Below are positions 21,592 to 29,497 of a stretch of 29,497 nt of DNA, one piece after another. The stretch comes from Macrostomum lignano (Eukaryota): positions 1 through 29,497 of the forward strand of contig NIVC01000796.1 of assembly GCA_002269645.1 (NCBI GenBank), read 5' to 3'. A model generated the notes under the pieces. The model made no database searches. It was given only the letters and a program-made list of their open reading frames with translations, and had not been told where the DNA came from. The number at the start of each line of letters is the position of its first letter. The stretch's first letter is position 1. Both the position numbers and the translations under genes were made by a program.

Positions 21592-24145
21592 GACGACCCG
21601 AGAAGACGAGAAGCTACCAGAAACAGTTGATTTATTGCAGCTGCAGTAGTGGAAATTAGATAAAACCAAGAAGCGTATGGAACGCAACAGTATTGCGGAG
21701 GCAGCCGATGAGAAATAACAAATGGTTGAAGACAAGATCCATCCAAATAGTAATGAGTTGAAGGAATATATGAGAGTATAGGAATGCAATGTTTAAGCCA
21801 TTGACAAAATAGTGGTGATAATCGCGATAATCGGTGATCATCGCAGGAGTTGCATGTCATGAATACATTTTTGCCACGTTTTTTTATGCAGAGGGGTCGA
21901 TTGAGCATTCTGGTGTATTCTGTAGTCTCAACCGCCTCAGCTGGAGGTTCCGTCGCAGCGGCCGCAGCAGTCGCTGCAGCCTCAGCCGGACGCTCCGTCG
22001 CAGCAGTCGGAGGAGTCGTCGCAGCCGGAACCGTAATATGTGCTGCATGTCCCGGCACATGTCGAGAACACGTGCCACGTTCTCAGCTCCTGTCTCCATG
22101 GACGCAAACTGCCTGCTGATCTGGGCATGAAACTCCGCTGCCTCCCGGTCCCGATCGGCGAGTTCCGCATGCAGCTATTGACATCGCATGCATGGCATTG
22201 GGATATGGGCAGCGTCTTGGCAGTGCTCGTCTGAGCCGGTCGAGCAACCAGACTGCGAAACTTCTTAAAGCTGGTTGAGAGCGACAGTGCTAGTGCCTTG
22301 TTGTCCACGGCGTCCGTTAAGACGGAGGCACGCTGCACACGGTTTCTTCCACTGAAACGCCTGCCTCCCTGCCGTAACAGAGGTTACTCGGAAGAGACGC
22401 TTCGCTGTCTTCATTGAACACCGCCAGCTGTTGTCGACCAGCTACAGCAATCTCCTGCGGCGTTGTACTATTATCATACATTACGACATACCAGGAGCCA
22501 CAGTCTGCAACCAGATGACGGCAGATATGTAATAAAATGCACCTGTCGGAAAGCGTATGATATGTCGTCTGAGTAACATCTGGCATTTGATTACCGGCGT
22601 TCGCCATTGGCAGGGAATGCAGCGCGTGCGATCTGCAAAAGCATTAATGCAGTAAGTCTGTATAGCAGCCAGCCACAGTGGCCACAGGTACATGTATTCA
22701 CATTTTTAGTACGGACAAAGAAATTAGGCATTACTAAAGAATTGATTTCTGGCATAAGTTTTTTTTTCTAATTTACATAATTTATGTTTTATTGAAGCTT
22801 TAATGAAGCTGAAATTCTTCATTTCCATTGGCTTCAATTTGAAATTGTACAGTTTTAGTTAGCTTTCTTGGGCATTTGGTATACTTAATAGAAAAAGTAT
22901 ATTTATTAGAAAGTGAAATTCTAATAGCATTTTTCAAGCTAGTAGAAAGTGCGAGCATGGAACTAAATACACCATTTTACCCTCGATTTTGAACAAGAAC
23001 TTCAAAACCGACAAACCCCTCTTCAATATTGACACTCTATGGTCGGGCACTCAAAATCTACAATCGATATTGACAGATGAAGCTTTAATTTTGACAAACT
23101 CTGGTTCAATTTTGACGATGCACTTTTAGTCATCTTCTGGGAGAATTGTGAATTCAGTAATAAAGTAATCCAATGAAAGCCTGAACAGGGCTGAATTATC
23201 TGGGCAAAATCAGCTCATTCTGACTTTGCTTTTGGGATCTACAAGTATTGATAAAATTGCATGACACGCGAAAAATAACTATCCCCATTTTTTCGACACT
23301 ATTTCGGCTAAAAATCATTAAAACATAAAACTAAAAGACCTATAGGCCATATGAAAAAATGAGAAACTGCTCCAACTCAAGCATTTACTCGGGCCTGTAT
23401 GAATAAACTGAGAAATTTTTCTCAAGAGAATTCGCTCAGATTTCAGAGCAATTACTCAGGTCAATAAGAATAAAACTACTACCATAGACTAAATTTCTGA
23501 GCAATTTAATGAGATTCCTCATTAAATTCATTCCTCATTCCTCATTCCTCATAAATTTGATGAGGACGCACTTTTTTCCAAACCCGCGCTAGCACATGGG
23601 CTCTAAACTTACTAGCCTACTAACAGTGGGCAATGGGCATTTTTATCCTTTTTCTGCGATTTGTCGTATAATCTATAGTAGATATAATGTTTGGTCATAC
23701 TAGTAGTCGTAATAACATAGGCGCAGCTTTTTGGGTCATAAATCATCGCTCTCGAAGCTGGTTTGACAGCCACCTGCGCCTCACTCAGTGTTGAGGCGGG
23801 CGCCAGATGTCTGAGGGGATGCGAATGATAGCTTTTTTCTCATCATTTTTGACAGGCCATCAGATTTATGAGGTCAGAGCCTATTGTTCGGGTTCACTGA
23901 AGCGTGTGACAGTTTTGACAGCTATGCGTTTTACCCCTAAAAGTACTTTGGGATTAGCGATTAGCGATTTCTCTTCATTATCTTCACTTCTCTATTTAAT
24001 AAGAGCTTTCTAATGAATATTTTTTCATTCATTTTTTTCAATTCTACGCGAAAAGTCATAAATCATTTTGTTGCGATTTTGAGTGATTTATGGCCGCACC
24101 TGTCATGTTTTTTACGACCCTGTGGGAACTGATAGGATCTCCCGG

Positions 24146-24277
24146 TCACGTGATTTTGGGTGGCAACTAGCTCATCCAATCAGAAAATTCGACGCTCATT
24201 TTAACAAATCGGCTCAGCCAATCAGAATCGACGTGTTCCATTATAACAAACTGCGGTCCAGTTGGCGGCTATTTAAA
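24146..24277 (+). promoter_or_regulatory. Pol II promoter-like cluster (E-box, two CCAAT, TATA-like)
   Basis: TCACGTGA at 24146, CCAATCAG at 24176 and 24218, TATTTAAA at 24270. No downstream ORF identified. Confidence 0.45.
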
Positions 24278-26744
24278 CCGGTGTTTTTGGCCCGCTCGGA
24301 CTGCAACCTTCTTGCGACCGGGTGCTACCCTTGGCTCCACCGGCCAGGGACTGACCGTCGTTTCTTGATCCCCGGATTGCGACTTCCCCCCGTCATCATC
24401 AAGGACGAATCCCCCCGGTCATCAGCACTGAACATCAAAGTGAAGAGCATCACCTGCTAGCTATCAGCGAAGATTGTGACATCAGCATCATCCCGGGCCT
24501 ACAGCTGCGAAGCACTAAGCCGATTCGGTCACCGTGGATTACCTGGTCTCCGGCTGTTGAGTTTCTGATTGGTTAGGTGAGAGGCTGCCCAAGGACTTCT
24601 AGACTAGCTAGTCTAGCTTGAGGCTGCCTAGACTTGCTAGATTGGGTGATTCCTTATCTGTCCCCTGTTTCAGTAGCTGGATTAGGCGTACACTTTTGCT
24701 CATTTTGTTCAGTAGTGCTGTAATCGAGGCAGAAGTCATTCAATAATACTGCTAGTAGTCTAAAACTCCAATTCAATCTGAAGTGTGAAGTGATCTAAGG
24801 AGAAGGTTAAATCTAACAGTTATTTTTATCGGTTTTATTCCTTTGTTCGCCGATGGCTCAGATGAATAGCTAAGCTAGTAGGCGCCGGTCACAGTGGACC
24901 AATGGCAAGGCAGTTCTCAATCGATCAATCTATCAAATAAGTTAGCGAAACTGCCAGTAGTGCAGAATCGGCGCCAGAGATGTTCTTTGTGCACTCTAAG
25001 TTCGCCAAGCGGCTCGGGTAATGAATCATGCGGTCTCTGAAGTTCGAGTTAGTCTATCATCAGCGCTATGAGAGGCTAGTTGGCGCGTTGAAGGCCAGAA
25101 GTACAATTCCTCGTATTTAGCAATGTAATAGTACATGTAGCTACCCCATAGTCTCGCCACTGCAAGAATCCCTGCACAAGTCCCCTATGTACCTGCATGG
25201 CCAATGCGATCTAGTCCCAGCAGTGTCCCTTATCATCGGCTATGACTTCGAGATTGACAGCAAAAAGACACTAGTTGGCAGGTAAGTGCAAAGCCCCTTC
25301 TAGTCGGAAGCCCGATTTCGAGAGTCCCGGTGTGGTGGGCCAGGATATACGGGCTGGTGGCAGCGAGTTAGCTAATCTGCGGATTAACTAATTTCTACCT
25401 TCAAAATTCTCCCTGCTTGTCTCTCGCTGTCCCTCTCTTAGCTATAGGACCTAGACTGCTCGCCACACGATCAAGCTACCATGGGCTGACCATCTGACAG
25501 GAGTGGGGGGCCGGGACTCTAATTGATTTATTTCTGAGACCTGAGGCCTGAAGGCTTCCCCAAATGGGGGCCGGAAGGTCGAAACCCATCAAATTCCCCT
25601 CGCACCACCGTTCGACGTAAACAATGCCAGTGAGGCCGCGAAAAGAGCGGCCGGAGTCCAGCGCCGGAACGCTATCGCCGACATCATGTTCAGGCATGGG
25701 CCATGACAAACTGCGTCGCTATCCGTACTGACTTACCTCATGCTGCTTACGTTTGCTGTTTTTTATTTGTCTATTGATAAAGCCACGTTAAAGTCTAAAA
25801 CTTGATAAAGCCACGTTAAAGCGAGCGTTAAAGTGTCAACCCCAGCCTGTATATGGACATTCAATGTTATCCTGCCGAGTGCGTTAATGTGGGCCATAGA
25901 GAGTGCGTGAATGCGGTTGCGGCCATAGACAAAAAGAGTAACTATGTTTTATCATAGAACTTGAAACATAGAGGAGATTGAATACATGTATATTATGACT
26001 GAAGGTGGTGTATACGACAATTGCAAACCAAGCAATTATATAGAAAAAGAGTAATAGCACAATTGCGGCAGTGTGCGTAGCATAATTCCCTTTAAAGAGT
26101 ATATAGATATAGATATGTATATGTACCTGTAGCTGGTACTTATAAAAATGGCTGGCTGGCTGGCTGGCTGGCTGGAAGGCTAGTGGCTATATTTTCAGGA
26201 AATTGTGCTTAGCATAATTCCTAAATAGTGCGCGACATACCAGCTAGATAGATAGCAAGCAGCAAGTAAAATTATCAATATGCAATTGTACAGCTATTTC
26301 AATATAGTTATAAATGCCATGCAACATTGAGCGCTATTTCAAAGCGCTTTGAACCCTTCAACCTGCAGCCATGTCCAACCAACCAGCCGACGAAGTAGTA
26401 GCTACTGCTAATATTAAAACCAACACTATACGACTATAGTCTAATAAACGCTAGGAAAAAATGTTATAACAATGGGCACGTAAACAATAAGAGAAAGGGA
26501 TAGAACGCATAGCAACGCGCGCAATATGAGGCGAAGATGCATTGTAATTACGCTCGTATGAGATGAAAATATTGAAAAATATTGGGGCCAACATACATAT
26601 AAAGAGAGATGAGACAGTTACAACAAAAAAGAGAATCATCTACATTTCACTATTACTAATTAATTCAGTTATGTTAATAGCAGCACTTATTAATTAATTA
26701 ATTTACCCAAGAACACTCTAAGTTTGCATAAAAATTTGCAGCAA

Positions 26745-26912
26745 TGGTAAAGCGCACATTTACTAGATTTCATATAATGGTAAAGCGGTATTTAAAGTTT
26801 TAACGTTGTGGTAAAGCGGCCAACAGTTGAAATTTGCAGACAATGGTAAAGCGGTACTATTTAAAGTTTTAACGTTGTGGTAAAGCGGCAAACAGTTAAA
26901 ATGGTAAAGAGG
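26745..26912 (+). repeat. Six TGGTAAAG(C/A)G repeats with spacing of about 33 bp
   Basis: Starts at 26745, 26778, 26809, 26844, 26878 and 26902, partly within a duplicated unit of about 66 bp. Confidence 0.9.
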
Positions 26913-27016
26913 CGGTAGACGCGCAGCATGCCTTGAAATTGTGCAATTTTAGGCTCTAGTGAATTGTGCCATGCCATTTTCAGACAGCAGTATATCTATT
27001 ACTATAACTAATTGTA

Positions 27017-27050
27017 TCATCATCATCATCATCATCATCATGATCATCAT
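27017..27050 (+). repeat. (CAT)n microsatellite
   Basis: About 10 CAT units. Confidence 0.9.
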
Positions 27051-27910
27051 TGATTTCAAATTTATCGAAATGCAGCTGGATGGCACAATTCCATATTTAT
27101 GCGAAGCACAATTTCGTAAAAATATATATACGAATTAGATATTATAATGAGAATTAGCTAACAAGAAGAAGACACAACTAGCTTGGGTCTGCAGCAGTCA
27201 GCCGTAGAGTCTTGATTATTTATATATATCAATATATATAATTTAGGGAAATTGTGCTAGGAACTATTTGGGAATTGCGCTACTGGGTAGCTATATTCAC
27301 TAACTAGTAGACGACTACAAGCAATCTATACTGGCATAGAACTCTGTATAGATAGATAAACATAGCAACTGTTGAATTAGGAATTTCTATAATTATTAAA
27401 AAAGATTTGTATGCAACAATTTACATTATAGCTTTGTCGCAATATTGTCACAGCTATTGTACCGACGATTAAAGTTAGACATTAAATCATCAATGACATA
27501 AACTATTGGTAAGGTAGCTATAATCCGCAGGTTTTGACAGCCTGGGTTGGATGCGTGCGGTACCTGCGCATAATCAATCAATCGATTGATCCCAAAATTA
27601 TGCCGAGCACAAATTATTATCCGTTTCAGAATTATAGTCGATTAGATGAGCTACTACTGCTGTACGTGTTAGTTTATTAACTAGCTATTTAGTTGCGATC
27701 TGCAGGTCATCTCACGCAACACCATGATTAATATGCAATAAATGAATATATATATTTCTAGGGGTATAATTGTGCTCTCGTCATAATTTTGGTATTTCTG
27801 CTGCTGCTACTGCTAAAACAACAACTCTGAGTCTGGCATGCTATAGTCTGGTATATATTCTCTCACCGCCGTTGCGTCTGACACAGAATGCCAGACGTCG
27901 GTGCAGCACT

Positions 27911-29157
27911 CTAACTGATTGTCGTCTTCTTCCTCTTCGTTTGTTGTTGCTGCTGCAGCAGGGAGCGACTGGCCTCGGTAGCCGCTTTGCGCTTCGATTG
28001 GCGTCGCTGACGCTCCATCTGTGTTACTGGTTGTGATAGAACGCCCATCGACATGATCCCCGACGACGATTCTTTGTCTCGACTCTCGAGCAGTGAAGGT
28101 GATACTGTCGCCGGGGCGGATGCTCGCTGAAGGTTTGGCTGACGATGCTCGCTGAAGTACCAGCTTGCGACGGTGGCTTGAACGACCGTCCGATTGTTCA
28201 GCATGGCGTTGGCCGCGTAGTGGCGCATCAACATTGGCACAGAGGTTTCAAATAGCGCCGCTGACTGATCAACCAACTCCGGCCGCCCGCCAGCCACAAT
28301 GTCCTGCTTGGAGCTCCGAAAAATATTCGGGCAGACGCCGGAACGACCGAGTATAGCTTTGGCATGATCGACAACCGCCTGGCTGAAGGTGGAAACGGAC
28401 ATCCGCTCACCTCGGTTGGTGCACAGCACAAACGGCGAGTTGGCGACGCCGACCATGTCGTTGCAATGACGGCCGTTTCGCCAGGTGAGCAGCAGCTTAA
28501 TGAATGCGGTCGGCACTGTGAGAACGCTGCAGCCGACAGACTTTATTTTCTTATGGCTGACCTGGCGACCAGGCAGCCGGATGGTCGAATAGCCGTTGTC
28601 ATGATTGTCGCGCCGACTGGCGCTACCCGGCCGGATGTGCGCTATGCGGAGACCGCGCCATGGCCGGACGCGCAGCGGATGCATCGCAGTGGCATGCAGA
28701 GCAAATCGATTGCGCATCTTAACAAAGCTGTCCTCGTCGGCTGGACCAGAGGCGACCAGTGCGGCGTAGTCGTCCAGGATGGTGCGCCACTCTACCGGGG
28801 TTAACAGCTTCTCTTTCTTTCTGTCGTGGTGCAGCGGCGCATCCAGCCTATACTCAAGGTCGTGCGCTGGCGAATAGTTTTGAGCCGCTACTGAAACAGC
28901 TTGCACCTGTTTTCCAGCTCGGCTGCAATGTCGGCCGGCAGTTGCATGCGCTCCACGAGCGATTGAAGATGCGCGCGGTCGTGCTCAACGTAGGCTAGCA
29001 TGTACTGCATGCATTTTATTAGCGCTTGCGCCCTGTTTCTAACTGTGCCGGAGCTATTGCTGGTGGCTCGAACCTCCGTTGCGGCGGTCGTTGGGTTGGC
29101 TAAGCAATAGACTAAATCTCGCGGCTCGACGACTGGACAGCTCTTGTCGGCGGCGCC

Positions 29158-29190
<33 letters not shown>

Positions 29191-29497
29191 CATCTTTGAG
29201 CAGACCGACAAGATCAGCAAAAAGGTGTCAATGAGAGCGTCAAGATGGCCGTCATAGGCTGGGTTGCGCACGCCTGTTGCATCGTTCCAATACAATGACT
29301 GGATTACACGCAGCTGCTTTATCAGCGGAGCATCGGCCGAATACTGCGCCAATAGCGAGGAATGCGCAGTGTAATCACAGCAAGGCATCACCCGCCGCGA
29401 TCGCCTCCTTGGCTGACATGGTCGTCGTCTTTGTCGTCGTCTCCGCTGCACCGCCGACGCTGACTGCCGCAGTCGAAGACGCGCTTGTCGCCGCCGT
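27911..29497 (-). pseudogene. Tyrosine-recombinase-like gene, copy 2 (core-binding plus catalytic region; frameshifted; 5' end beyond the window)
   Basis: HPLRVRPW, HKK, PNIFRSS and MRHY. The upstream frame SSGTVRNRAQALIKCMQY resembles a core-binding helix. A 1-nt frameshift near 28905 (AAC AGG TG) and another near 29385. Confidence 0.75.

Larger units (their letters stand above)
26050..27285. repeat. Cluster of GCACAATT/AATTGTGC boxes in direct pairs and inverted arrays
   Basis: Boxes at 26057/26080 (+), 26201 (-)/26212 (+), 26937/26962 (-), 27083/27106 (+) and 27250/27273 (-). Confidence 0.85.

Noticed and set aside
23503-23528. 11-bp-arm hairpin AATTTAATGAG-attc-CTCATTAAATT
   Set aside because: Short, AT-rich, within ATTCCTC slippage repeats, with no associated feature.

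Overview
Eukaryotic, repeat-dense DNA with GT-AG introns, Pol II promoter motifs and microsatellites. No recognisable housekeeping gene, rRNA, tRNA or CRISPR array. Most of the window is decayed mobile DNA: a piggyBac transposase pseudogene, two LINE fragments (endonuclease end; RNase H plus C-terminal zinc knuckle), a Ty3/Gypsy gag pseudogene, a Tc1/mariner-like internally deleted element, two Crypton-like fragments with large upstream hairpins, and a THAP-domain fragment. The unexplained core is (i) two paralogous minus-strand genes for an atypical tyrosine-recombinase-like (YR) protein (7769-9326 and 27911->29497), (ii) a spliced minus-strand gene with an acidic N-terminus and a CRESS-Rep-like SF3 helicase (1354-3811), co-oriented with YR copy 1 and separated from it mainly by the piggyBac insertion, and (iii) a family of GCACAATT boxes downstream of these genes. 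The boxes occur five times as direct pairs with an exact 23-bp period and also form inverted arrays and quasi-palindromes. My inference is a possibly unnamed YR + SF3-helicase mobile or virus-like element with its own cis-acting sites. All calls come from manual motif reading; no database searches were run.
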